Shown: positions 9,275 to 19,815 of the stretch, one piece after another
Layout: each line of letters opens with the position of its first letter
Numbering within the stretch: the stretch's first letter is position 1
Source: Blastocladiella emersonii ATCC 22665
Taxonomy: Eukaryota; Fungi; Blastocladiomycota
Direction: 5' to 3'
NCBI GenBank assembly: GCA_025594325.1
Contig: JANHCV010000004.1
Coordinates: 744,001-808,000 of the forward strand
Length of the DNA stretch: 64,000 nt
Notes under the pieces: model-generated
Database searches by the model: none
Seen by the model: only the letters and a program-made list of their open reading frames with translations
What the model was told of the DNA's origin: nothing
Position numbers and translations under genes: made by a program

Positions 9275-11392
9275 TCACCGTCGCGCGAGCTGACCGGCCT
9301 GGACCGACGCCGCGATCGCGACGGCGATGGTCGCCGCGACAAAGATGCACCACACGACGACGCGGCACGTCCACCCGAGCTCGACGCTCGTTGCCGCCGC
9401 CGCTGTCTGTGCGCTGGCGTGGGACCCGTGCCTGCGGGGCGTCGGCGGCCCGCGAGCGAGCCCGAGCGTCGACCCCTGCGCCGACTCGGGGTCGACGGCG
9501 CTCCCGTCCTGCTGCGCCGCCGACTTGAGCGTGACTCCGGACGTCTTGGCCATGGACGACTTGAGCACCAGCAGCGTCTCGCCGGGCCCGTCGATCCCCG
9601 ACGGCGTGGGCGAGCGCGGCGTGAGCGGTATTGACGGCTCATCAGCGGCATCGCCGAGGACCACGCGCGATGCGGGCTTGCGCTGCAGCGACGCGAACAG
9701 GCCGGCACCGGCCGCGATCTTGAGCGACGCCTTGGACCCAGACACGTCGTCGATGCTCGCCGACACGCGCTCGAGCACCTCGGCCACCTTGATTGCGTGT
9801 GCCGGCGTGATGGACGTGCGGCGGCTCGATGGCGCCGCGGTAGCGTGGTGCGCGTGCCCGCCGTGCGTCGCGCTCACGTTGCCCGACGACGACAGCTTCT
9901 CAGTCGACCCGGGCGCGCTCGGCGGTCGCGACCCGGCGCCGCGCTGCGAGGTCGGCGCGCTTGACCGGCCGCCACCGCCACCTGGTGTGTTGTTGTGCGC
10001 CATGAACGGGCACCCCGTCGGCAGGATCCCGCCGCCGAGTGGCGCGCGTTGCTTCCCGGTACCGCGGACCGACCCGCTGTGCTCGCTCGCCGGTGCTCCG
10101 GTCCCCGCAGGCCTGTCCGAGTCGTTGGACAGCCCGCTCTCGATGCGCTCGAGCGCCGCGAACCGCGCGTTACGCACGTGCGGCGGGATCGCCAGCGACG
10201 GTGCTGGCGCGGAAGCGGGTCCGGGTCCCGGCAAGTCGGGCAGGAGCGGCGGCTCGACGCTGAGGTGGTCGAGGTGCAGCAGCCGGCTGTCGTGCGTCCG
10301 GTCGAGCGACGGGGGTACGGCGACGACCGAGAGCGCGCTCGGATGGGTCGAGTGGTGCCCGTGGTGCAGCCGGTGCTGCGAGTTGGCGGGCGACGAGTGG
10401 TGCACCGACGACGACTTGTTAAAACTCGGCTCGCCGCCGGGAGGTCCGACGTGCGATGCGGGCAGGCTGCCGATCGAGACCGTGTACGCGCTGCCCTCGG
10501 TTCCGAGACTCAGCGCGGATCCGTCGCCGCCGCCGCCGTACGACGTGTTGCGCTTGAGCGAGAGGTGGCGGCCGCCTGCGGGCGGGAGGAGCTTGAGCGC
10601 GTCGTGGGCCGATGTGGATGCAGAGGCCGAGGGCGTTCGCGGGAGGCTGCGGATGCCGCGGCCGTCGGGCGCCGTGTCATCGAGCTCGCCCGTGAGGTTG
10701 AGCGCGCGGGAGAAGCGGTTGGTGCGCCGCGACGTGCTGCTGGACCGGCGCGTGCTGCCGCCGCTCGGGTACCCGTCGTTGGACGCGATCGAAGGGCCAC
10801 CGCCGACGAGGGGCGAGACGGACGGCGGGCGGCTGTGGCCCGACGAGCTGGACGTCGGGTCGCTGGAGTCGTCGAGGCCGCCGTCTGGGGCGGTCCTGAC
10901 CACGCTGTTCTGCGACGTGGAGCGGGCGAGGCGCGCGGCCTGGTCGAGGACAAACAGCTCGACGCGTGAGGGCGGCCTGGGCGCGGCGGGCGACAGCGGA
11001 GCGGATCGCTTAGTCGGCGTGGACGAGAGCCGTGGCCGCTCGGTGCGGGCCAGGGCGAACGCGCGCGAGGAGGGCGAGGCGCCGTTGGACGGGCTGGTCG
11101 GCGGTCCCGGTCCGAGGTTGCTGGACGAGCCCGGTCCGGTCGTCGTGAGTGTCGGCGGGGGCGCGCGGCTCCGGGGAGACGATTTCGGCGAGTGGAGCTT
11201 CCCGCTGGCCGTGGCCGAGTTGATGCTCGGGACGGATGCGTCGAGTGTGCTCCGTGACGTGGGTCTCAGCGACGGAGACCTGGGTGGTGGGGCAGGCTCG
11301 TCGGCGGTGATAGTGGTTGGCGGAGGAGCCTCAGTTTCGGTAGCAGCTGCTTTGGAGAGCGGAGCGGGGAGCGAATCCATGGCGGGTGGCAT
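9275..11392 (-). CDS. Ser/Pro/Ala-rich disordered protein with one C-terminal transmembrane helix (tail-anchored type), function unknown
   Basis: About 705-codon ORF (ATG at 11392 or 11380). C-terminal VVVWCIFVAATIAVAIAASV is followed by a short basic tail. Confidence 0.65.
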   Translation of the reverse strand: MPPAMDSLPAPLSKAAATETEAPPPTTITADEPAPPPRSPSLRPTSRSTLDASVPSINSATASGKLHSPKSSPRSRAPPPTLTTTGPGSSSNLGPGPPTSPSNGASPSSRAFALARTERPRLSSTPTKRSAPLSPAAPRPPSRVELFVLDQAARLARSTSQNSVVRTAPDGGLDDSSDPTSSSSGHSRPPSVSPLVGGGPSIASNDGYPSGGSTRRSSSTSRRTNRFSRALNLTGELDDTAPDGRGIRSLPRTPSASASTSAHDALKLLPPAGGRHLSLKRNTSYGGGGDGSALSLGTEGSAYTVSIGSLPASHVGPPGGEPSFNKSSSVHHSSPANSQHRLHHGHHSTHPSALSVVAVPPSLDRTHDSRLLHLDHLSVEPPLLPDLPGPGPASAPAPSLAIPPHVRNARFAALERIESGLSNDSDRPAGTGAPASEHSGSVRGTGKQRAPLGGGILPTGCPFMAHNNTPGGGGGRSSAPTSQRGAGSRPPSAPGSTEKLSSSGNVSATHGGHAHHATAAPSSRRTSITPAHAIKVAEVLERVSASIDDVSGSKASLKIAAGAGLFASLQRKPASRVVLGDAADEPSIPLTPRSPTPSGIDGPGETLLVLKSSMAKTSGVTLKSAAQQDGSAVDPESAQGSTLGLARGPPTPRRHGSHASAQTAAAATSVELGWTCRVVVWCIFVAATIAVAIAASVQAGQLARR

Positions 11393-11894
11393 CGGAGGGC
11401 GAAACAAAGCTTAAATTGCGCGAGGTTCCATGCTGCTTGTTGCGCCCGCCCGCGCACCAATCGGGGTCGGTTTGGTTCCGTCGCGGGCAAGGGGACGCTC
11501 GCATGCACGTTCGCCCCGCGCGCCGTGCTGAAACGCGACGCGTTCCCATCTCACGTGGCACAGTGGAGACGCGTCTGTCTCTCACTCTGCCTCCCGCGCC
11601 GCGTCCACAGAGGGGACAAGGCCCCGGGCCCGACACAACGGATCGTGCGCGGAATTAGATGCCATGGGCTCGGAGTCCTGATCGGGACGAGGAGTCGCCA
11701 GGCCCGATAGCCACGGTCGTTCGCCGTGCTCCCGTTTATAAGCTCTCGTTGTCGGGCAGGGGCGTGACGGCGTCCCAGTTGGCGCCGCGCATCTGTCGTA
11801 CAACTTGTCCACGACGATACATTGGGACGTTCACGGGTACACAACGTTCGTCGCACACAGGCACGAAGGCCAAGATTTATGTATTCGGCCCCGC

Positions 11895-14465
11895 TCAATC
11901 CACAATCGGATCCTCCTCCTCCTCCTCCTCAACCCCGCCCTCCTCCAGCACCCCACCCAGCGCCACGACCGGCGGAAACCGCGTCGCGCCCATGGCCGCG
12001 AGCAGGTTATGGATGCGGCTGGACGAGTACCCGAGCCGCGTGAGCCCGGCGTCGCCCGGCACCACCTCCTCCTCCTCTGCCTCCTCTCCACCCGCCGCCG
12101 CCATCCCGAGCTCCTCAATCGGGATACTCTCCTCGAACGACCGCTCGGCGAGCGCGCGGTGCCGGCGCTGCTGCTCCTGGGCGCGGCGGTGCGGCGGGAA
12201 CGGCGCCTCCTCGGGCCGCACGCCGAGCCGGGCGAGCGCCGCGCGCCGCTCGCGCATCACCTTGGTCCGGTCGTAGTGGTCGGGCCGCACCATCGCCATG
12301 AGGTGGCTCGCGCGGCCGCCGCGCGACGTGGGGGCTACGGAGGTGGGAGCCGGTGGTGGTGGTGGGCGGACCGGGCGCGAGAGCGGCGGGGTGGGCGCGA
12401 TGCGGACCGATGACGCGGCCGAGGACTGCGAGTCGCTGGCGGCGTGAGGCGCGAGCTCGACGGGCGTGTGCGCGTCGAGGCTGTCGAACGCGCCCCAGTC
12501 GACGCCCGCCGTCAGGTCGTCCACTTCCAGTGCGGCGCCGAGCAGCGAGGCCGGCGGCTCGAGCTCGCCGTCACCCGTGCCGCTGGCGGTCAGGTCGCTA
12601 CGGGACCGGACCACGGTAGCCTGGCTCCCGGCGACCGGGGCTGGCTGCGACTGGGTCTGCGTGAGCGACTGGGACAGCGCCGACGCGGCATCCTCGTCCT
12701 CGTCGTCGTCGCTAGAGTCAGCGTCCATATCGAACGCGTCCCAGTCGAGGTCCTGCCCGCCGATCAGCGACGACAGGTCGGCGTCAACGACGGGGTCGGC
12801 TACGCCGTGCGCGAGGAACACGGCGTGGAGCCGCGCGAGGTCGGCGACGGGGTTCCGGAGCGCGTCTGCGGCGGCAAACTCGTCGGCGAGGAACACGGCG
12901 CCCGAGAGCCGCGTGATGTACTCGGGGTAGTTGGCGTGCAGGCACAGCGCGTAGAAGTCGCTCGAGACCTGCAGGTTGACGAGCAGGTCCGCGGGCTCGA
13001 CTTCGAGCGGCGCCCGGGTCCACTGCGCGAGGTGTGGCGGGAGGTGCAGCTGCAGGTACTCGTTTCCCTGCGTCGAGGACGGGGTCGGCGTCGCAGACGC
13101 GGGCGGTGGCGGCGCGGGTAGGCGCTTGTTGAGCATGGGTCGGCCGATGGCGCGGAACAGCGAGCGCGAGCGTTCCGTCGAGCACAGCTCCGCGTCGCGG
13201 GCGGACCGGCCAAGGGTCAGAGCCGAGAACTGCAGCGTGTTGATGGCGGCGCGCAGGTCGCCGTGGCACGAGTCGATGATGGGCTGCAGGTTGCACCGCA
13301 CGCCGTGCGCGAGGGCGATGCGCGACAGGGCCTTTTTGAGGAGCGATGGCGCGACCGGGTTGAATCTACGCGGAGGTGATCGCCTGGTCAGTGGTGTTCG
13401 CGCGTAGCGTAGGGAGGGGCGTGCGCATCGGGCACCTGCAACGCACGAAATGACGTGACACGCGTGGAGCGAGTCGGCGGGGAACAGGACGCGGAGCGTC
13501 GGGCACTCGATGTTGGACGAGGACGACGATGACGAGGCCCACCGGTCGCCCGAGTCCGTATCAGAAGGCAGGTTGAAGTCGGTGAAGAGCAGTACGATGC
13601 GCGGTATCCGTCTCCGAGCGCGCAGCATCCCACGAATTGCCGCCTGCGCGCGCTCGAGGCCGCTGGCCGAAAAGATGGGGTAGTCGCGCAGGAGGAACAG
13701 GTCGTCGTCCTTGGCGTAGCGCGTGCCGCGGGCGAGAAAGTCGAGGAACGACTCGAGCACGGTCGGCGCCGTGTCCTCGTCGCGGAAATCGGTGTTGCCG
13801 CTCCCGCCTGCGAGCGCCGGGTTGGTCCACTCGACGACGGTGAGTTTCAGCGACCGCGCCACGGCCTCGACGGTGCACAGCTTACCCGTGCCGCTTGGGC
13901 CGGTCGCGGCGAGGAACGGTTGCGTCTAGCTGGACGCGATGGTCATGATCTGAGCTGCAATGGATCGGAGGGGTGCGAGTGGGAGGTAGGGGACGCGTAC
14001 CTTGTAGCTCTCGCTCATCCACGCTTGGATCTGCTTGACCTTGCCATTGTGCACGACGAGGTCGCTCTACGAATACGTGGCCGGGGGATGGCGCATGAGA
14101 CACACATCGTGATCCGGGCGGTCGTAAAAGCAACGCACCACCGTCTCTGGCCGGTGCTCGTCGATCCACAGCGTGTCGCTCGGCGCGCGCTTGAGCAATG
14201 GCGGCGTGAGGCGCAGCTTCGGCACGCCGCCGCCCTGCTGCTGCTCGGCGGACTTGGCCTCGCTCTTGGAGAACGCCGCAGCGAGCGCCGAGGCCCGAGT
14301 CGAGCTGGACCCGCTGGCTGCACGGGCCTTGCTCGCGGCCGACTTCTTGGCGGTGCTGCTCCGCGTAGTGCGCCTCGGAGGGTCCGCGCCCGCGCTCTCC
14401 GACGAGGACGATGCCGACGACGAGGCCGACGTGAACCAGGACTGCGACGACGATGGCGGCTTCAT
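11895..14465 (-). CDS. RAD17: Cell-cycle checkpoint clamp loader Rad17/Rad24 (multi-exon)
   Basis: LWIDEHRPET, DLVVHNGKVKQIQAWM, Walker A GPSGTGK, VVEWTNP, F..FL.R...Y, RFNPVAPSLLKKAL and GDLRAAINTLQF. Introns near 14150-14077, 14000-13928 and an in-frame one near 13440-13366. Confidence 0.9.
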
Positions 14466-14792
14466 GGCAGGAGCTTCATTGGGTTGCGGGCAGTCGCGGC
14501 GGTGGATGTGCGATGGCGCAGCCGCCTTGCTCAGGGGTAGCGGCGAGCGCTGGCGCCGTGCCACAGGCGGGCCGACGCGACGGACGGCGAGGTGGGGGAG
14601 AGGCGCAGTGTGTCATCGAAAGCGCACGCGAGCGCCCTGCCACGCCGCTCACCTCTCGAGAGGGCGACCAACACGCGCACCGCGCCCCTCTCCACCTCGC
14701 TCTCCCGACCCCGAACGGCCTGCAGCGCCCTCGACGCGATCCGCACTCTCGGCGCGCCTGACTTACAACAACCACGTAGCAAGCACCCCACC

Positions 14793-16082
14793 ATGCAGTT
14801 CGTCGGCGACTTTGTGCAGTCGTGGAGCGCCGATCTCCCGCTCGAGATGGACCGCGAGTCGTCCATCTACGGCAGCTGGTACTGCGCGCCCTGCACTCTG
14901 CGCCGTCGCGGCCTCCTCGCCCTGCGCGTGCCGTGATTGCCGCCCGAGCGCACGAGTCTAATGATCTCCTGCCGCCGCGGCTAGGTATCTCTCGCCCGTG
15001 CAGCACGGCATCGAATTCGTGCTGTTCAACGCTTTCTTCGTCGTCTTCTTTGTCGTGTTCCTCAAGCGCGCGCTGCTGCCGGGGTACGTCGTCTGTGTAC
15101 CTGCGACGCGAGCTCGCAGGGTCCCTGACGGACCGCCCACTTCACTGTTGTCTGTAGCACGCCCGTCGATGCCGCGCTGCGCCTGGCCAAGAAGGGCGCA
15201 TCGGCGAAGCGGTCCAAGCTCGACATGACCATCGTCGCGATCCTCGTCGCGTCGCTGTCGCTCGTCACCTACCACAAGTCCAACTCGGGCAGCCTCAACT
15301 TCATGCTGCAGCCGTGCCACGTCAGCATGCTCACGCTCATCGTCATGCTGCTGTGGGACCAGCGGAGTAGTGTGCCGCACGTACGTCTGCCCCCACGCTC
15401 GATCGAGAGGGTCCACGCGCGCTGACACGCTCGTCCGCCTCGTGCGCGTCTAGGTCATGTACAACATTTACCTGCACACCATGTGGGGCACGCTCCTCGC
15501 CATTCTGTCGCCCGATCTCCGCGACGCCAAGCAGCCGCTCGAGGCCGAGAACTTTTGGTTCGGTACGCAGTCCCCCATTCCCTCCCCGCCCTTCTCCGCC
15601 GCCGCATCCCAACCCTCGATCTTTGTGTAGAGCACTGGGCGCTCCTGATTACCCCGCTGCTGCTGGCCTGGAGCAACCGCCTGGCCGTGTTCCCTCGCTC
15701 TTTCGACCTCGCCATGGCCGCGTTCCTGGCCAAGGCGCTTTACCACTCGCTCGTACTTGCGCCCGTGGCGCTGCGGTCGGGCAACAACCTCAACTACATG
15801 CTGGAGCCGCCGCTCGGCCCGCTCGAGCTCTTCAAGGAGTTCTACCGGCTCGTCATGTACCTCTTCTGCTGCCTCCTCACCTACTTCACGCGCTACGTGC
15901 TTGTCGAGATCGTCTTCATGCTCGTCCCGCGCCGCGCGCCGCCGAGTGGGGCCAGTGCGGCCAAGGTCGCGCCCGCGCCTGTCGCTGCTGCCAAGAAGGC
16001 GTCGTCGGCTTCGGGCTCCGCGACCAGCTCGCCTGCCGGTACGCCGAACCGGAAGCGTAAGCCCAAGCGCAAGGCCGACTAG
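14793..16082 (+). CDS. TMEM164: TMEM164-family membrane protein (about 5 exons)
   Basis: Spliced reading gives LNFMLQPCHV, WGTLLAILSPDLR, FWF/EHWALLITPL and SGNNLNYMLEPP with several hydrophobic helices, matching the TMEM164 pattern. Confidence 0.8.
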
Positions 16083-16228
16083 ACCGACACTTGATCCACG
16101 CCCGCGCACCTAACCTATCCCCGCCTTACTTGTCTCTCACCTCCCTCACCCTAGCCATGCACTTGCATACAGAACCTCCATTGTGCCAACCATCACTGCC
16201 ATCCATCGCACCGCTGCGCCTACGCGCG

Positions 16229-16665
16229 TCACTGCGGCGGGTACTTTGGCGCGCTCAGCGCCACCTTCTCGGGGAGCGCCGGGTCGGCAAACAGCCCTAC
16301 ACCCAACGAAACCGTTGTCAGCGTCTTCTCTCTCACCACCCAGGCCCCGCAACCCGTACCCGCAGCGTACGTCGCGATATCGCGCGGGCTGTCGAGCAGA
16401 CACCGCTTGAGAAAGTAGCTGGTCAGCAGCTTGATCTCCGGGTGCTTGCGCAGGTACAGCTCGTTTTCGACCTGCAGGTCGTGCACCACGGGCTCCGGGA
16501 GGACCGCTGCGCGCTTCCCGCCTGGCGCGTGCGGCTGACCGGGGGTCGCGGGCGAGTCGATCTGGAGAGGCGATAACGGCGGTCGTGAGCAACTTGTCGC
16601 GCGGCAGAGGTTCGTGAGAGGGTTACATTGCCGGAGGTCCCGGGAGTCGATGCGTTGCGGATCAT
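16229..16665 (-). CDS. RIIAD1: RIIa domain-containing protein 1-like (RIIAD1; cilium/flagellum associated), 3 exons
   Basis: QVENELYLRKHPEIKLLTSYFLKRCLLDSPRDIATYAA..FADP matches the RIIa/Dpy-30 dimerisation signature of RIIAD1. The first exon is a prediction. Confidence 0.75.
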
Positions 16666-16706
16666 GATGGAGGGTTCGGTCGCGGGTTCGAGGAAGGAAG
16701 AGAGGA

Positions 16707-16729
16707 ACGCGTCGCGAAACGCGTCTCGC
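16707..16729. promoter_or_regulatory. ACGCGT-CGCGAAA-CGCGT compound MCB/SCB-like element in the divergent RIIAD1/EF-P promoter
   Basis: Same 13 bp core ACGCGTCGCGAAA as at 2719 and upstream of array copy 1. Confidence 0.45.
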
Positions 16730-16837
16730 GGCGATCCGCGTGGGGTCGCGTGGCGCGGGCAGCGGAAAAAGGTGTCTCGCATCACAACAGCGTGCTCGCG
16801 CCTAAGTTGCTCGCTCTCTCCCGCCCCCATCGCTGCC

Positions 16838-17665
16838 ATGTACCGCTTCACGTCGCTCCTGCCCAAGGCGCTCCCTGCAACGGGTGTGCGCGCCACGCGC
16901 GTGGTGCTGGTGGGTTACCCGCAACCTTGCTCGAGCAGGAGATCCTGTGTACCAACACCGATGCATGGCGACGAGTAGAACACGCCCACGGGCGCGCGCG
17001 GGTACAAGCTGACTCTCAACAACGTGCGGATCGGCCAAGTGATCGAGTACCGCGGGCGCGCGCACGTCGTGACCAAGGCGGCGCACTCGGTCATGGGCCG
17101 CGGCAGCGCGCACATCAAGCTCGACCTCAAGGACGTGGTGACCGGGTCGCGGTACACGGAGCGGTACAAGACGAGCGACACGGTCGAGGGGATCCACATC
17201 TCGACCAAGGTCATGCAGTACCTGTACCACGACGACGAGTCGGTGCACGTCCTCGACAACGAGACGTTCGAGCAGCACGCGGTGCCCATCGAGACGATGC
17301 AGGGCGGCGAGAAGGCGCTCGCGTTCCTCCAGGGTGCGTGGGACTGCTGGAGTAGTGACTCGCGACACTGACCCTCGCCCCCGACCGCGACCGCAACCGT
17401 AGAGTCGACGCCCATCAACGTGTCCTTCCTCGAGGGCGCGGCCATCACGGCCAAGCTGCCGACCGTGTTCGTGTTCGAGATCCTCGACACGGCCGAGAAC
17501 GTCAAGGCCGCCGTCAACGCCACGGCCAAGGGCGTTGGGTACAAGCCCGCGACGGTCGCCGGCGACCTGCGCGTCGAGGTGCCCGACTTTTGCGTCGTCG
17601 GCGACAAGATCGAGGTGCAGGTCGACGAGGGGCTCAACCTCAAGTACGTCAAGCGGACCAAGTAG
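16838..17665 (+). CDS. efp: Bacterial-type elongation factor P with N-terminal mitochondrial presequence (exons 16838-16909, 16979-17333, 17403-17665; 229 aa)
   Basis: Domain I loop VMGRGSAHIKLDLKDVVTG..YTERY, domain II QYLY.D.E..H.LD.ETFEQ, domain III KPAT...VPDF...GDKI...Y.KR. The N-terminus is Arg-rich and acid-free (MYRFTSLLPKALPATGVRATR). Confidence 0.88.
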
Positions 17666-18049
17666 AACGGTCGTGTCTGCGTACGATTGCCGCGATACAC
17701 CACCCTTGTTAGCTCACACACCGCCCGCGTGCTTTCCTTCCTGAACGGGCCGCAAGCTCGGCGTGCGCGCTTCCAGAACCGTCTCGACGCTGTCCGCGAC
17801 TCGCCTGAGACCAGCAGTGCATCTGAGACCTTGGCAAGGGTGCGGACGTGGGGCCACGGCGGCGGCGAGTGAGACCGCGGACCATGTCTCACCTGCCGGG
17901 GCCACGGCCATGGCCACGCTCGCCGCCCTCCAACCCGCTCCCCTCGCCCTGCCGCTCATATCAGGACTCCCGCTCACCCGACCTCAGCTCGCTACAGCAC
18001 CCACCCTCGCATCCTCGCAAACAACACGCACACGCACGCACACACTCCC

Positions 18050-19759
18050 ATGCATCTCCACACCCGCGCACTCGTGGCCGCGGCCACGCTGCTGGCCATC
18101 ACGCTGCTGCTGCTCGCCGCCGCGCCGGCCGGCGTGCACGCGGGCCCGCCGACGATCATCGCCAAGGACGGGTACTTCGTCGAGGAGACGTCGGGCAAGC
18201 GGTTCATCGTCAAGGGCGTGGCGTACCAGCCGCTGTACGGCGGTGCGGTGCACGACCCGATCTCCAACGACCGTCGCGCGGCGTGGTCGCGCGACCTGCC
18301 GTGGCTCGCGGGGCTGGGCGCGAACGTGGTGCGCGTGTACGACGTGGACCCGGCGCAGCCGCACGACCAGTTCATGGCGGCCCTCGCGGACCGCGGCATG
18401 TACCTGGTGCTCGACCTGGCGTCGGCGGGGCAGCCGACCGACCACGTCGACCGCGACGCGCCCTCGTACACGCTGCCGCTGCTCAACCGGTACCTCGACA
18501 CGGTCGACGCGTTTGCCGAGTACACCAACGTGCTCGGGTTCCTCGTCGGGAACGAGGTCTCGGACACGCCCGGCGACGCGACGCGGGCGGCCGCGTACGT
18601 CAAGGCCCTCGTCCGCGATATCCGCCAGTACCTCGCCGCCAACAAGAAGCGCGCGATCCCGCTCGGATACGCCGCGTCCGACAACGCGGCGACGCGCGGG
18701 CCGAACATGCAGTTCTTCGTGTGCGGCAAGGAGGGCGCCGTCGACTGGTACGGGGCCAATATCTACTCGTGGTGTCTTGAGACGAACCAGACCTTCGCGA
18801 CGTCCGGGTACGCGGACCGGACGCGCGAGCTGGCGACGCTCGGCGTGCCCGTGGTCCTGACCGAGTTCGGGTGCAACGTGGCGCGGCCGCGCACCTTCCC
18901 CGACGTGCCGTCCATCTTCGGGCCCGACATGAACCAGATCGTCTCGGGCGGCATCGCCTACGAGTACAGCGAGGAGGCCAACCTGTACGGCCTCGTCCGC
19001 CTCGCCGGGCCCGACTCGGACGTCGTCACCCCGCTGCCCGACTACGAGAACCTCAAGGACAAGTGGGAGCGCGTGTCCAAGTCGGTGCGTGCTCTCGCTC
19101 ATCGTGTGCTCACGACATCGAACCCGCTCACTGACCGCCCCTTCTACGCACGCATGTCACAGAGCACCCCGTTCCCGCAGCGCGTCTCGACCAAGAACAC
19201 GGCGACGCGCCCGTCGTGCCCCGCCGTCGACCGCGACTGGCGCGCGGCCTCCTCCCCCCTCCCTAAGACCCCGTCCGAGTGCGCGTGCCAGCGCGCCGAG
19301 GCCAAGGCGACCGAGTCGTGCCGCCCGATGCTGCCGCGCAACTGGACGTCGACCGACAAGGTCGCGTTCCTGAACCAGCTGTGCGGGACCGTCGCGTGCA
19401 CCGACATCGGTGCTTCCGACGACGTCGCACGGGGGCAGTACGCGGCGCTGTCGGGGTGCACCGTCGAGACCAAGATCGCGTGGGCGCTCGGCGCGTACTA
19501 CGCGGCGCGGAACAAGGACCCGGCCGCGTGTAACTTTGGCGGGCTCGCGGTCCTGTCCGCGGGCAGCAGTGGTGGCGACGGCGGTCGTGCATCGACCAAC
19601 GACGGGTGCAAGGACCGCGTCCCGCCCGCGTCCAAGTCGGGCAGCGGCGGCAGCGGCGGGTCGTCCGAGCAGTCGGGCGCGGCGGCCGCCGTGGTCCGCG
19701 CGCAGGTCGTCGCTGTGGCCGCGGCGCTCGTGGCGGCGTGGCTCGCGGTCGGCATGTAA
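18050..19759 (+). CDS. GAS1: GH72 beta-1,3-glucanosyltransferase with X8/CBM43 Cys box and GPI signal
   Basis: Signal peptide; FIVKGVAYQP, RDLPWL..LGANVVRVY, FLVGNEV, GANIYSWC, LTEFGCN, SGGIAYEYSEE; Cys-rich X8 domain; hydrophobic C-terminus. One in-frame intron near 19087-19164. Confidence 0.95.
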   Translation: MHLHTRALVAAATLLAITLLLLAAAPAGVHAGPPTIIAKDGYFVEETSGKRFIVKGVAYQPLYGGAVHDPISNDRRAAWSRDLPWLAGLGANVVRVYDVDPAQPHDQFMAALADRGMYLVLDLASAGQPTDHVDRDAPSYTLPLLNRYLDTVDAFAEYTNVLGFLVGNEVSDTPGDATRAAAYVKALVRDIRQYLAANKKRAIPLGYAASDNAATRGPNMQFFVCGKEGAVDWYGANIYSWCLETNQTFATSGYADRTRELATLGVPVVLTEFGCNVARPRTFPDVPSIFGPDMNQIVSGGIAYEYSEEANLYGLVRLAGPDSDVVTPLPDYENLKDKWERVSKSVRALAHRVLTTSNPLTDRPFYARMSQSTPFPQRVSTKNTATRPSCPAVDRDWRAASSPLPKTPSECACQRAEAKATESCRPMLPRNWTSTDKVAFLNQLCGTVACTDIGASDDVARGQYAALSGCTVETKIAWALGAYYAARNKDPAACNFGGLAVLSAGSSGGDGGRASTNDGCKDRVPPASKSGSGGSGGSSEQSGAAAAVVRAQVVAVAAALVAAWLAVGM

Positions 19760-19815
19760 GAGAGACGGAGTAGGACTATGTTTCTATCATACAATACGCT
19801 TCCTGTGCACCACTA

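Noticed and set aside
9327-11414. Long antisense or overlapping ORFs (for example 9327-11414 +, 17984-19102 -, 32992-36015 -, 24187-25611 +, 36899-38257 -)
   Set aside because: Shadow frames expected at this GC content opposite genes with GC-rich third positions; no motifs recognised.
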